Shown here in pieces: positions 12,012 through 25,400 of a stretch of 64,000 nt of DNA. The notes beneath the pieces were generated by a model. It saw nothing but the letters and a program-made list of their open reading frames with translations, was not told the origin of the DNA and made no database searches. Made by a program: the position numbers and the translations under genes. The DNA lies in the NCBI GenBank assembly GCA_030704615.1, contig CM060732.1, forward strand, positions 29,512,001 through 29,576,000. Direction: 5' to 3'. Source of the stretch: Takakia lepidozioides. Taxonomy: Eukaryota; Plantae; Bryophyta. Each line of letters opens with the position of its first letter. Position 1 is the stretch's first letter.

Positions 12012-14027
12012 CATTTACTATATAGTTTTGAAGCATTCATGTTCGAGTTCACTGCAACGTTTGGAGAGAATGATAGAGAGAGAGTTGCAGAGACAAAGAT
12101 GCGAAATCTTCGACAAGGAGCACGTCTTGCTTCCGTTTATGCTCCTGAATTTTGACAATTTGCGTGCGACCTCGACTGGAATGAGAAGAGTCTCATTAGT
12201 CAGTTTCGTTGTGGGCTAAAAGAGGATGTAAAAGATTTTTTGCTGACAATGCCAAACGTGAGCACACTGAGTGAATTCATCACCCAAGTCATTGCATGCG
12301 ATAATCGTTTGTTCGAAAGACGTCAAGAGAAGCGATCTGGATGGTCAACGACGCATCATGCCACTGCTACTACGGCACCAAACACAACGATCCATCAGAC
12401 ATCCGGTAGTGATCCTATGCAGATTGATGCTGTCCGATTCAAGCCATTGATGCCACAAGAAAAACAAAGACGACGCTCGAATGGAGTATGCCTCTGTTGC
12501 GGAGAAGAAGATCACATAGCATTAAACTGCCCCAACAAGAGAAGATTCAAAGCTCGGGGCGCAACTCAAGTGTTCGATACGAGGAGGTCGGAAAACGAAG
12601 ATGTCCAGTCACAGTAGGGACCATGCGGTTCACAAATTCCTCACCGAAAAAAGGTCTCTTTCTACCTCCAGACCCTGCACCTTGCTTCACAGTTCCGGTA
12701 AAAATCAGAGTGCAAAATCGAGATATTTCTGTAGAAGCACTTTTGGACTCAGGCGCTTCAGCTTGTTTTATGGACAAAAACTTTGCGAAACAACACAATT
12801 TAACGCTCGTAAAGAATAAACTTTTGGCCCCCGTTGAAGTCATCGATGGACGACCGTTAGCATCAGGAAATGTGGACCATGAAACTCGACCACTTGAAAT
12901 GATGCTTAAAGATCAAGCATCACATATTGTTTTTAACGTCATCTAGTCTCCAACGAATTCTGTGATCCTTGGACTTCCCTGGTTCGTACTTCACAATCCT
13001 GACATCGACTGGCGATCGCGAAAAATTTTTGCAAGACAAAAATGTAGAAATATCAAAGGTATTCAATCCATGTTCCTTGGAGCTAGAGCTTTCATGAGAG
13101 CTACCAAAAAGGATGCGGCATTTGCACTTTATGCGACTCCGATCAAGACCACAACAGACAAAGGTACTTCAACATTACCCGCTCAATATCAAGATTTCAA
13201 GGATGTTTTCGACAAGAAAATTGCAGACATATTGCCAGAACATCGACCTTATGACTGTGCAATTGAGTTACAAGAAGGAGCCCAACCACTATTCGGCCCA
13301 ATCTATAACTTATCCCAGACGGAGTTGGCTGCATTACGTGAATACATTGATGAAAATTTGTCGAAGCACTTCATCCCACATTCAAAATCACCTGCGGGGG
13401 CGCCTATCTTGTTTGTGAAAAAGAAGGACGGGTCATCACGCATGTGTGTAGACTATCGCGGTCTCAACAAAGTCACAATTAAGAATCGTTATCCGTTGCC
13501 GCTGATTTCTGGGCTTCTCGACCAGCTGGGACGAGCGAAGATTTTCACCAAAATTGACTTGAGAAGAGCTTATAACCTTGTACGGATTTTTTTTTTAAAA
13601 CGAATGAAAAACAACTTTTCGAACAAGGTATGGACATTTTGAATACAGTGTTATGTCTTTCGGTCTTACAAATGCTCCAGCAATTTTCCAACATATGATG
13701 AATGACATCTTTCGAGAATTTTCGGATGACTTTGTAATCATCTATTTGGACGACATTTTGATATTTTCATAGAATGAAGAAGAACATGGCCGCCATGTAC
13801 GCCTTGTCCTTGATAAATTAAGAGAAAGAGGACTATATGCCAAGTTGGAAAAATGTCTTTTCCATCAATCTGAGGTCGAATTTCTGGGATATATTATTTT
13901 CGACAAAGACGTCTTTATGGATCAGAAGAAAATACAAACCATCATCGAGTGGATTAAACCAACTTCGGTCCGAGATGTACATTGTTTTCTGGGTTTTGCA
14001 AATTTCTATAGAATCTTTATCAAGGAC
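12012..14027 (+). mobile_element. Ty3/Gypsy element B, fragment 1 (chromovirus/Tcn1-like): gag C-terminus, protease, RT; degenerate
   Basis: PMQIDA...CLCCGEEDHIALNC knuckle; ALLDSGAS protease; [29 protein letters not shown] and YLDD; several stops and frameshifts. Confidence 0.9.
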
Positions 14028-14984
14028 TGTTAGAGGACTGTAGGGGACTTAGACACTTATACGGGATCTGTAGGGTACCCTTAATTTTGCACAGACTGAG
14101 ACCAACAGGAGCCTTAGGGGTGACAGCAGCGCACTGTAGAGGGGGGTTACACAGTCGTCACAGCCGACATAGCCCGTCACAGTCGTCACAGCCCACACAG
14201 GCCACACAGCCGACACAGCCCGTCACAGTCGTCACAGACCACACAGCCCACACAGCCCACACAGCCGTCACAGTCGTCACAGCCCACACAGCCAACACAG
14301 CCCGTCACAGTCGTTACAGCAGACACAGCCCACACAGCCCGTCACGCTTGACACAGCTGTCACGATAATAGGGAACGAAGAGTAGGACAGGGAACGACTG
14401 TGGGAACAACACCTGTGAAGGGAACATGTTAGTTCACAGACGACGGTTAGAGAGGGAAACGGTTAGAACCGCGGATAGGAGGATAAAGGGAGAAACGGGA
14501 ATGAAGGGGAGATTATTCGGAGGAGGACTTGGGAGTCAGGCAGGAGCGGAGATAGGCAAGAGATGGAGAGCACGATGAAGGAGAAAAGAGGATTAGTAGA
14601 TGCTTGTTATATGCAAAGCTGTAGTGATATTGGAGAGCAGATTAGAGACATAATGGCTTCGGCCTGATACCTGATAAATCATAATCTGATACTTATACGA
14701 TACAATCACACTGTGTAGAGAGATCTGAGTGAAGCTGTGGATTGAATGGATGAGTGAAGGAAACCGATAGATTGATGAAGCAAACTGATACTTAATTATC
14801 AATGGTAAGGTAGCTAAGATGAATGCGGAAAGGGAAACAAATAGGAAACACCCCCATGATACACTAGCTGTAGGTCATGACTGATTGTTCTGCGCGGGCT
14901 GAGTACTTAGAGATTTCCAACTCTTCTATCTTGGAGTTTCCGCCTCGGATAGCGAAGGGATGGGTGAGTAAAAGCCGCGCGACA
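14028..14984 (+). repeat. 5' LTR of element C (contains a CACAGC-type minisatellite at ~14150-14365)
   Basis: TGTTAGAGG...GCGCGACA; homologous to 26155-26938, 33668-34583, 45261-46208 and 54370-55286. Confidence 0.95.
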
Positions 14985-15572
14985 TTTGGCGACCATACTG
15001 GGGACCTGGGACATGAACAACCAGATGTGACAGGCATCTGGTGGGATCATGGTGGTTGGACCATTAAAGAATTTGAAGTGAATCAAATTCCCTGTGGAAC
15101 GAAGGAAGAAAGATTGTCCAAACAATTCTTTCAAAGGTTCTTGGAATTGCCAGACGGATGTAAAGAAAATATTCTTAAACGAGTGCATGATGCTGATCCA
15201 GAATGGGGTCTGGAGAAAGGAGTGATAAAGATTTATCAGGTAGCCTGTAGAGGAAGAGCACGTTGGTTACCAACATTGGTTTATGTGATAGCGTTGCTAT
15301 CCATTAAACGAGTAGAGTTTGAAGGCTGGGAAGAAAGAAAGGTGAATGTTTATACTCATATGCATGAAGAGCTTGTACTGGTAAAGAATTGGATTCCAAA
15401 GGATATTTTGTGGATCAAACTCACACCAAGAACAGCTTTTCAGACTTGTTTGCCATATGGTTATATGGTAACGGAGACTTCAAGTATAGCCAAGGGTGCA
15501 TTGAAGCTTGAAAGAAACCCAGGCATATACGAGAGATATTACAGAAGAGAGTTTTGGTTATTGCCACATTAA
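14877..15572 (+). CDS. Extra 5' ORF of family C (231 aa, unknown function), starting inside the LTR
   Basis: Open in both C and D (44649-45368, -) with near-identical protein; reads through the PBS. Confidence 0.55.
   Translation: MTDCSARAEYLEISNSSILEFPPRIAKGWVSKSRATFGDHTGDLGHEQPDVTGIWWDHGGWTIKEFEVNQIPCGTKEERLSKQFFQRFLELPDGCKENILKRVHDADPEWGLEKGVIKIYQVACRGRARWLPTLVYVIALLSIKRVEFEGWEERKVNVYTHMHEELVLVKNWIPKDILWIKLTPRTAFQTCLPYGYMVTETSSIAKGALKLERNPGIYERYYRREFWLLPH
14987..15004 (+). promoter_or_regulatory. Primer-binding site of C, probably tRNA-Arg type
   Basis: TGGCGACCATACTGGGGA two nt after the LTR; resembles the TGGCGAC...CTGGGGA Arg-type PBS of Tat/Ogre elements. Primer identity is inferred. 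Confidence 0.75.
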
Positions 15573-15593
15573 AAGAAATGAAAGACATGGGAC

Positions 15594-17870
15594 ATGAGTG
15601 ATGAAAGAGAAGCTAGACGACAGAGATATTCAAAAAGAGAAAGCTATCTGAAAGCTAATTATCCATATCTTTGGGAGAGAGGAATAGACATAGGGGAATC
15701 ATCTGGACCTCTCACACCATCAAGATCAAAAAGTGCATCACCTATACCGGAAGAACTAGAGTTGGATGCCACTCCTTCTGTTTCTTTGCAAGAAAGATTA
15801 AGGGAATTGGTACAGGAAGAAGATCAATCACGAGGTGAAAGATCTGAGGTACATCCTTGGATAAAAGACTTGACAGAAATCTTTGATAAGAGTTGGCATG
15901 GAACACCAAAAGCAGGAACTCCAGTTTCTGAAGCAGAAGATGAAGAAGGAGAAGAGGATGTGGCAGAGCCAACGGAGAGTTCAGACTCTCCAACACCATT
16001 ACAGTTGAGTTACATGAGTGAAGAAGAAAACCCAGAACTTGGAGGATGAAAACAGAGAGAAGAAATTAGAAGAGGAAGAATATGAAGAAGAAGTAGACCC
16101 AACAGCTGAGGTTGAGACTACAACCAGGACATCCCAACCCGTTGGACCTGGATCAAGTGGAGCACTTGGATCACAGGCCAACGAAGGTGTCGGCTCAGGG
16201 GGATCAGGGGGCTGCCTGGATCTGGCTCTGGGGGGACAGGGAGTGTGGGAAGTAGTGCAACTGAAGCTGGGAATACTGTGAATATCGTGGGCCAGAAGCA
16301 AGGAGTGCTCAAGGGCCACCACTTGGTGGAAGATCCACCACAAAAACAACAGGTCCAGAAGGACCAGCACCAGCAAGGGTGCCAGCACCTGTCAGTGGGC
16401 AGAAGGTAGGGCCACAGATGGCGTTACAACCAACACGGGCAAAACCACCCTTTCCAATATATTCAGGAAAGGGGATCCCGATGTACACATTAGCCAATTT
16501 GAGCACATGTGTATAGTGAACAATGAGAATGGCGATGATGCCAAGATGAGACTGTTTCCTTGTTCACTTATCAAGAAAGCAAGTGAATGGTATGCAAGAT
16601 TCCCTGATAATCATTTCCTAACCTGGAATGGCTTGAATACAGCATTTCGAAATAGGTTCAGGACAAGTAAAACTGAGGATGAAGTGTATGGAAGTTTACA
16701 ACAGCTGAAGCAGAAGAAGCATGAAACTGTTGAAGAGTATATGGAGAAGATGGAATTGATGATGAAAAAGCTGGCTGCAGTACCAGCGCCCGGTTTACAG
16801 AAGACTTGGTTTGTGAGTGGATTAAGACCAGAGTTGCAAAAGAAAGTGGATATGTTACCCCATAATACAGTGGAGGAGGCATTTGAAACTGCGAACAGAA
16901 TTGAGCAATTGGGAATGCTCAGGAGAGAGAAAAAAGAAGAGATGAGGACTCTGAGGATGAGTCAGATGAAGAAGAAGAGCAAGAAAAAAAGAAAGAGTAA
17001 GAGAAAGGAGAAGTTGAAGAGGGATAACTATGAAAAAAAAATTGGAAGAAATCTTGAAGAAGTATGCCACAGAGGCTGCAACACATTGGAGGAAGGGTGT
17101 ATGGTGTGCAAAGTGCCAGAATGAAGGCCATACCACCACAGAATGCCACATGAAGGAGAAACACTGTACTATCTGTAAAATGGATAACCATTCTACTGAG
17201 AATTGTTACTACAACAGAAGGACAGCTGCAAGAGAACCTAGGCAAGTAAGGGTGCATCAGGTGCAGCCCCAGCCAAGAAGAAACAATGATCAGGACCACT
17301 ATGGTAGGTCTGGTGGTTATAACAATGGCATGGAAGGGAGAGGTAATTCAAGAGGGAATTACCAAGGAAATTCCAGAGGCAACTATCAGGGTAATCCAAG
17401 GGGGAATTACCAGCCCGGGAATCAGGATTATAGAAATAATCCAAGAACAGACCAAGGGCGAGGACCCAATGGTGAAGAGCTATGTTACTATTGTAATCAG
17501 CCAGGACATCGCAAGGCAGCCTGTTCATTCTGGATAAGACACCAGAATGAGATGAGAGCTCCTGTGAATGAGGGCCCAGTGGTGGCAGCTCACATGGTTA
17601 GGCCATGTTTGTACCAGAAGTAAGTACAATGATAGTAACAAGAAGTAAAGCCAAACTAATACCTCCAGTAGAAGAGGAAGAAGATGAGAATGGAAGTGGC
17701 AATGATATGCCTGAAGATGAAGAGACTTGGAAGATGAGAAGGAACTGCACAAGGAAGTGGCAGATACTATAAGGGAAATGCAAAAGAGTACTGATATTCC
17801 TGTGGCAGATTCCTCTGATTCGGATGGAGAAAAAGAAGGGAGTGAGGAAGAAAGGAAAAAAAAAAAGATG
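15594..17870 (+). CDS. Gag of element C (frameshifted in this assembly)
   Basis: Retrotrans-gag core (LFPCSLIKKASEWY...LKQKKHETVEEY...FVSGLRP); three CCHC knuckles (CAKCQNEGHTTTEC, CTICKMDNHSTENC, CYYCNQPGHRKAAC); RGNYQGNS repeats. Confidence 0.88.
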
Positions 17871-17875
17871 CAGAC

Positions 17876-20800
17876 ATGCAAAGTAATGAAGAGACTTTGG
17901 CTGAAGTAATATGTCAGACCAAAGCAGAAATTACCATTGGACAGCTATTAGCTGTGGCACCTTATTGTAGGCACAGGCTGTATCAGGCAATCAATCGAAT
18001 TGCCCAAGAGACAGGAAACACAGACCTGAACAGCAAGGTGACCAGTTATAATGTGAAGCCGGAAGGGCGAGAACCAGTCATGGACTTTGATGATTCTATG
18101 CCAGTAATCCAATTGAGAATTGGAAGCACAGAACTAACTGATGTACTGATAGATGGTGGTTCTGGAGTAAATATCATGACAGACCAATTAAGGAAGAAGC
18201 TTGGTCTAAGTAACATGAAACCAGCCCCATTTACAGTAACAATGGCAGATCAAAGAAGTGTACAGCCATTGGGATTTAAGAGGAGTTAAGATACAGATAC
18301 AGAAAATGATCTTTATGATCACAGTAACTGTATTAAAAATGGATGAAGTCATGGAGGCTTACTCCTTATTATTGGGACGTCCGTGGCTGAAACAGGCCAG
18401 GGTATTCCATGACTGGAATTCTCAGTTACTAACTGTGCATAATGGGATGCACGAGATACAAATTACCACAAAGAAATCTAGTAGATTACCTGCTACAAGA
18501 AGACCTCGAGGAGTCAGAGAGTATGACTGGAGAGGAGGACTGGATGAGGAGCAGGAAGCTACCTTGCTGCACACCCAGAGTGGGAGCAGGTTGCAGAGAT
18601 GCGGCTGGAAAGCCTAAGTTGTTTAAGAGGTATCTGCTGTGGTGTAGTGACAGCAACACCAATTGAAGAGGAAACCAGCAGTTACCCACCACATTTCTAT
18701 GAAGAAAAGGAGGAGAATAGAAATCCTAGAAGAACCAGCCACTGTGAGCTTACAGGATGAAGTGGTGACTGGTTGGACAATCACAGCTGATGAGCAGGTG
18801 AGAGAAGTAAATGTGGGAACTCAGGAGGAACCGAGAGGATGGTGAAAGTAGGAGCTGATTTGGAGCCGGAATTCTTCGAAGAAGCTAAAAGCTTGTTCAT
18901 CAAATACAGAGATGTATTTGCTTGGAGCTATGAGGATCTAAAAGGGATACCACCTGAAGTCTGTCAGCATAAGATTGAACTGGAACCAGGGTCAGTACCA
19001 ATCAAGCAGGCGAGGTATAGAATGAATCCCAACTACGCACAGAAGGTTGGAGAAGAGATAAAGAAGTTGGCTGAGGCTAAGTTTATATACCCAATAGAGT
19101 ATACAACTTGGTTGTCACCCATTGTTATAGTTCCCAAGAAGAATGGCAAACTAAGAGTATGTGTGAACTATAAGAAGCTGAATGCTTGTACGAAGAAAAT
19201 CCTTTCCCTTTGCCATTCACAGAAGCAGTATTAGACACTGTGGCAGGCCATGAGATGTACTCATTCATGGATGGCTTCAGTGGTTATAATCAAGTGCAAG
19301 TGGCAGAAGAAGACCAAGGGAAAACAGCTTTCATCACAGACTGGGGGGCTTATGCATACAAAGTCATGCCCTTTGGACTTTGTAATGCACCAGCGACCTT
19401 TCAGAGAGTGATAAGTGAATCTTTTCATGAGTATCTGGATGATTTCATGCAGGTTTCTTGGATGATTTCAGTGTACAGCTCTAAGAATGAGCACTTGCAT
19501 AAATTGGAGTTATGCCTGGCCAGATGCAGGATGAGAGGTCTGGGCTTGAATCCAGAGAAGTGTACTTTCTGTGTGAACTCAGGGGTGCTTCTGGGACACA
19601 TTGTGTGTAAGAAGGGACTTCTTGTGGATCCCAGGAAGACAGAGTCCATTAAAGTCTCTCCACCACCAGTGAATGTTAAGAGTTTAAGGAGATTCCTTGG
19701 GCAAACCAGTTATTACAGAAGATTTGTCAAAAGGTATGCACAAATAGCAGCACCATTGAGCAAGCTTCTGAAGAAAGATGCAGTGTTTGCCTGGACAGCT
19801 GAATGTCAACAGGCGTTTGAGGAACTTACACTGTCAGTAGTAACAACTACACCTGTGCTGATTAACCCTCACTGGCATGTAGTATTTCATGTTCACTGCG
19901 ATGCATCAGGAGAAGCGTTGGGAGCGGTGTTAGCCCAGAATGTTACAGGGAATATAGATTCACCTGTACTATGCTAGCCGGTTGATGAACAGTGCTGAGA
20001 GGAACTATAGCACAACGGAAAGAGAAGCATTGGCAATGATTTATGCAGTCAAGAAATTCAGGCATTACCTATTGGGAAGAAAGTTTATGTTTTATGTGGA
20101 TCACCAGGCTCTGATATATCTGGTGAACAAACCTTTGATAAGTGGAAGGATAGCGAGGTGGTTAATAATCTTGCATGAGTTTGAGTTCGAGGTTATTTAC
20201 AAGCCTGGCCGTTTTGCATCTTGTGGCAGATCATTTGTCACGACTAACAACAGGAGAGGCCGCCACAGGAGTGGACGATCAGTTACCTGATGCGAGTTTA
20301 TTTGTAATGGAGGTGCAAGGAAGTGCAGATGAATGGTTAGATTGGCAGTGGCCAATCAGATACTACCTTGCTCATGGTCAGTGCCCACCTAGTTATGGTA
20401 AGGAGCAGAGGAAGAGAATTGCTATCAAAGCTTTACCTTATACTATGGTAGGAAGCAGAATGTATAAGTTAGGACCTGATGGAGTACTAAAACGATGCTT
20501 GTACCACCATGAAGTAAATAAAGTCTTGGAGGAAGTTCATAAAGGAGTGGCTGGAGGTCATTTTGGAGAGAGACTACCAGTAGAAAGATACTACTCGCAG
20601 GATACTGGTGGCCTACTTTGTTCAAAGATGTACATGAGTATTGTCAGAAGTGTGATGAATGTCAGAGGCTAGGACCTTTGCAGAGATCTGGAAGAATGGC
20701 CTTGCATCCTACAATGCCTACGGAACCATTTCAGAAATGGGGACTAGACTTTGTTGGACCAATTAATCCACCATCCAAGAATACACGAAACAGGTACATA

Positions 20801-21615
20801 ATTACAGCCACTGATTATACTACAAAGTGGGTGGAAGCTAAAGCTTTGGGACAACACAGCCAAGTCCACAGCAAGGTTCCTGTACGAGAACATACTTACA
20901 CGATTTGGATGTCCCTTAGAATTTATCAGTGATCAAGGAAGTCACTTCATGAATGAGACCATTGAGTTATTGACTAAAGAGTTTATGATTGTGCATAGAA
21001 AGAGTACAACATATTACCCACAGGGTAATGGCAGGCAGAGGCTACCAACAAAATACTATGTACTATCTTGGCTAAGATAGTCAATGCAAACAGAACGGAT
21101 TGGGATACAAAGCTGCTGACAGCTTTGTGGTCATACAGGACTTCATATAAAGTCACCACTAAGTATACACCATTCCAATTAGTTATGGTATGGAAGCCTT
21201 ACTTCCAGTGGAATTCCTGTTACCTACCATGAGAACGGAGTGGGGAAAAAGAATGGAATTGCAAGACTCCATCAAGGTCAGGAAACATGAATTATACCAT
21301 GTGGAAGAAGTACGTGCTGATGCAGCTGATAATATGACCAGAATTCAGATGAAGCGAAAGGAACAGTTTGATGAAGGCAAGTTAAAGACTTTTAAGACGG
21401 GGGATTTGGTTCTATGGTTGCAGAAGAAAGGAAAGATTCAAGCTTCTAAGCTTAAATCACCATGGAAAGGACCTTATGTCATACAAAAGATGTATGATAA
21501 CAACACCGCCATGTTACAAACCATTAACAAAGAAATGCTGGGAAGAGTCAATGCAAATAAGTTGAAGGGGTACAGTGGTATCCATGACAAACCCCTGCAG
21601 CATGATTTGCATTGA
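17876..21615 (+). CDS. Pol of element C: protease, RT, RNase H, integrase (frameshifted in this assembly)
   Basis: VLIDGGSGVN; KKNGKLRVCV, DGFSGYNQ, MPFGLCNAPATFQR, FLDD (intact in D/F); HCDAS...NYSTTERE...DHQAL; HHCC finger; WGLDFVGP...SDQGSHF...NGQAE; WKGPY. No second (archaeal-type) RNase H and no chromodomain seen. Confidence 0.95.
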
Positions 21616-21709
21616 ACCGCAAGAGCAGTCACGGCTGCACCAGTGTTACGAACGGAGTATGGAACACTTGTCGCTAGGCCCAGCATATATGACCAGGGTG
21701 GCAAAACAA

Positions 21710-21885
21710 ACGTGACACAGCCTATGCCTATCCATCACACAGACAGCCATCACGACGTGACACAGCCCCACAGCCCATCACGACGTGACACAGCCTATGC
21801 ATTATCACAGTACCACAGCCATCACAGCCTATCACATATCACAGCTATCAGTATGACACAGCCTGTCACAGCTCAACACAGCCTA
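21710..21885 (+). repeat. Internal CACAGC-rich minisatellite between integrase and the 3' ORF
   Basis: Repeated (t/a)cacagcc units; equivalents at 38345-38532 (D) and 59545-59740 (F). Confidence 0.85.
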
Positions 21886-22448
21886 CTAAAGTTACACGAT
21901 CCATAGAATCAGTGACAAGTGGACACATAAAAAACTTCAGGAAAATGGCTGAAGGAAGAAGAAACGGAAATTACTTTAAAAATAGACACGTGGAGGTCAG
22001 GGTGCGACACACAGCAGAGAATGAAGTGCAAGGACAGGTGTCAAAAAGAAAGAGGACAAGAACGGCCGTCAAAAGGGATGAAAGGCGGGCCCATTAATGA
22101 ATACGGAAAAAGGGAAACGGAACGAACGGCAAGTACAGAAAAGCCGAATTCATGTCGCATGTGTGATCCTAGTGGACTATCCAACAGGGAAAGTCCACTA
22201 AAGAAGATAAAAGTTAAAATCCAGTCACAGCGGATACAGCCAATAGAAAACCAGAGAAATGATCAAGAAAATGGAGGGAAATTGAGCGCAAGAGGCGGCG
22301 TCGTTCTGAGTAACGGGCGTCTCGACAGGACAGGCCATAAATGCTATAACTTGGAAACTATGGAGGAACTAACAGACTATACGCTCGCAATATTACTTAC
22401 GCAGTGGCATAGACACGAAACGACAGAGCAGAGCTTTTCTCTTGAGCA

Positions 22449-25400
22449 ATGCTTGCAAGCCCCGCAGGCTTACAAGAATTACCCATAGCTTTCTGCGGCA
22501 ACCATACGTTTCTGCTTTGTGCACTACAGGCATTCCTGCAGTTGTTACAGCCAAAGCAGTTCTGTGAGTCTAAGATGAAGAGAGTGAGAGGAATGGAGGA
22601 AATCAGGGTGAAGAGCACCACAATTCTGCAGAAACAAACGATGGCTACCCCACAGGCGATAAAGATACTGGAGGAGCTGAGATTGGAAGGATTGCAAAGC
22701 TAGATTGGACACTACACCATAGACAGTACATGTTACAATTTTTGCAGAACTTTGAGCCAAGGACAGGAACAACAACGGTGAAGGGAGTTGAATTAATGAT
22801 TACTCCCCTATACCTCCAGCAATTGTTTCGATTGCCAGCAGGTCAGGTGCATGTGGGGGAACACAGGGCAAGACTGCAAATAGGGGACTTATTCCAAGAA
22901 GGGAGTTTCTTTAAAACTCAGGGTTATGCTTGTACCAAAGCTGTGTACCCAGGGTTAAAAGAGATAGGCCAGGTATTGAACGTTCTGATTGCCCTGAAAC
23001 AGAACCAACAATATTTGAGCAGATCCTTCACAGAGGAAATACTCAAAGGCCTGAAGGGACAAGAGGTACAATGGGCGGACATAATGTACAACGCACTGGT
23101 AGAGGAGATGAAAAGATTACAAGGTACTACCGCAAAGTCTCCTATCATAGTGTCTGGCCCAATCATTGCTCAAATAATCCTTAATTCTGGCATACTTAAT
23201 GCACAAGAAAGGAAGGAAATGGGAGTGTTTGAGCCAGAAACAACTGCAATGGAAGAGCAAGGCTCTTCACACAGTGAGGGTGGACTAGCAGCACAACCCG
23301 AGACTAAGAGGCAGAGAAGGGGAAAGACTGTAGTGGCGGATCCACTGGCTTCACGGATTCCGCATGATAATGTTTCCCAAGCTCATGACCAGGAAGGGGC
23401 ACAGCAGCACAAAAGAATGTTATTACTGGAAGCAGGACCTTCAGAGAGGGAGGAGGAAGTTACTTCTGCATCACAGCCAACACAGCCACTTGAACGACTT
23501 GTCACAAGGTCACAAGTTATCCATGCAGCTCAACCGAAATAATTGATTTGGAAAGTGAAGGGATAGATATTCCAACTACAGAACAGATAGTGGCAGAAAT
23601 AGAGAAAGGGGACCTTCTCTATGAATATTCTGGTCTGGTCAAGGAGACAGAAATCCCAGAGGTGCAACAGTTGCCCAAGGGAAATCCTGAGGTGCATATA
23701 ATGCACACACCTGTGTGGAGGTACCACAGGCGGAAGGTCATGACACTGTAGCACCGGTCATAGATGAAGTAGTTCAGGAAGAAAATCCGGTGGGACAATG
23801 GCCTGAATGGTTAGTGAGACATCATACTGTTGAAGATCGGGAGGAACAGCAGCAACCTCACCATGATGACCCTCAACAGGCAATGCTGATGAGTTCCATA
23901 GGCAGGACACTTAATTTGTTGGGGACTTATGTCAAATCCCATGTTCCAATTACCCAATTGACAGCCTTGAAAGAGGAACTCAGGAAGGAGTTTGAGGCTC
24001 GACTTGCCACTGAGTGTGCAAACAAGGTCGATGAAGAGGTCACTCTCAAGAGATGAAGCAGGACTTGGGCAATACAGAAATGGCTTTGCAATTGGCCAAG
24101 CAACAATTGATTGAGGCAGGCCTCGCGCAAGACCAGTTGCACGAAGCACATAAGCAACAGCTATACCAAATGCAGGTGCAGCATGAAAGCAAGTTGCAAG
24201 AACTGAATGCACTACATACGGAGTTGCAGACAGTGCATAACAGGATGGCGATACAATGTGCTACATTTACAACTATGCTTGACCAATCAACAAAAGAAAT
24301 AAACAGTCAAGCGGAAAAATGTACGAAGGCAGAAGAAGAGAATGTTGAGCAAATGAAGCTCATTGTCGATATGAAGAATACAATCTGTCGCAATGAAGAT
24401 ACTTTCAAGCAATACAGGCAGAGGAAGCTGATCAAGAGAAACACATCGTGGAGTTGCAACAAACCATCGTGGCCAATAGAAATGAAATCGGTCAGTAACA
24501 AGGCTTCGAAGGAAGCCAATAATCTACTTGCTGCTATGCGCAATTGGTTGAGCCACAGGCGAAGCGCATGGAGGCTTTACAACAGCAGTTGGAATTGTAC
24601 AAGCTAAGAGAGGAGCAAACTCTCAGGGGAACCACAAGCAGCTTGGTGGATAACAGCCTTATGCAGGTCTGGTTAGCACAAGGGCCAGTAGAGGGCAAAG
24701 CCCACGGAAGCTCACCCAAAGCGAGATGAATGAGCTCAGACTGCAGGTGCAGAACATTGCCACAACTACTATAGACAATGTCTATAGTAGGATAGCAGAG
24801 TTACAAGAGGATGTAGACGGACTCCAGACTCAAGTGGAAGACCTCACTTCAAACATCGACCAAAGAGTCTATATCCCTCAGGAACAGCTAATGGCTTCTT
24901 ATTTGCAAGCCAGAACTCTGGCTTTTCAGTCTTCACAGGAGGTGCAGGAGATGCCAATGATACAGGAGCCAGTACCACCACCACCACAACAGGTCAGTGT
25001 ACCAGTAGCTGAACCTGTGGTTACTACAACCACACCACAGCCACCACAGCCGGAGGTATGGGGCAATGCCGCTTTTAACCCACCTAAAACTCCAGCTGCA
25101 AGGGAGTACAGTAGGGCTATGATTATGCCCTTCAACCAAATTCCCATCATGTTGGATTTGGCTTGGAAAGAATTTAGTCCTCCGCAGTCATTCGCACATT
25201 ACTACCAAATCATGCGTATTTGGCTGCCAGTGGCAACTAGGACTAAAGTTCTTCCAAACAATCGACATATTGAAGATCATCACTTTGCACAATACTGGCA
25301 CGAGGCAGGTACCATGTTGAGGGAATTGGTTGCTTTCCAGGTTGTACATGGACTCATTTATACCAAGACCAAGGAGATAGCAAGTATTGTCATGGGGTGC

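Noticed and set aside
14087-14802. ORFs recurring in each family C LTR (MHRLRPTGAL..., MIIKYQFASS...)
   Set aside because: Recurrence reflects LTR duplication; frames vary with minisatellite length and show no consistent protein.
14987-15004. tRNA gene
   Set aside because: Only an 18-nt complement to a tRNA 3' end (PBS); no cloverleaf.
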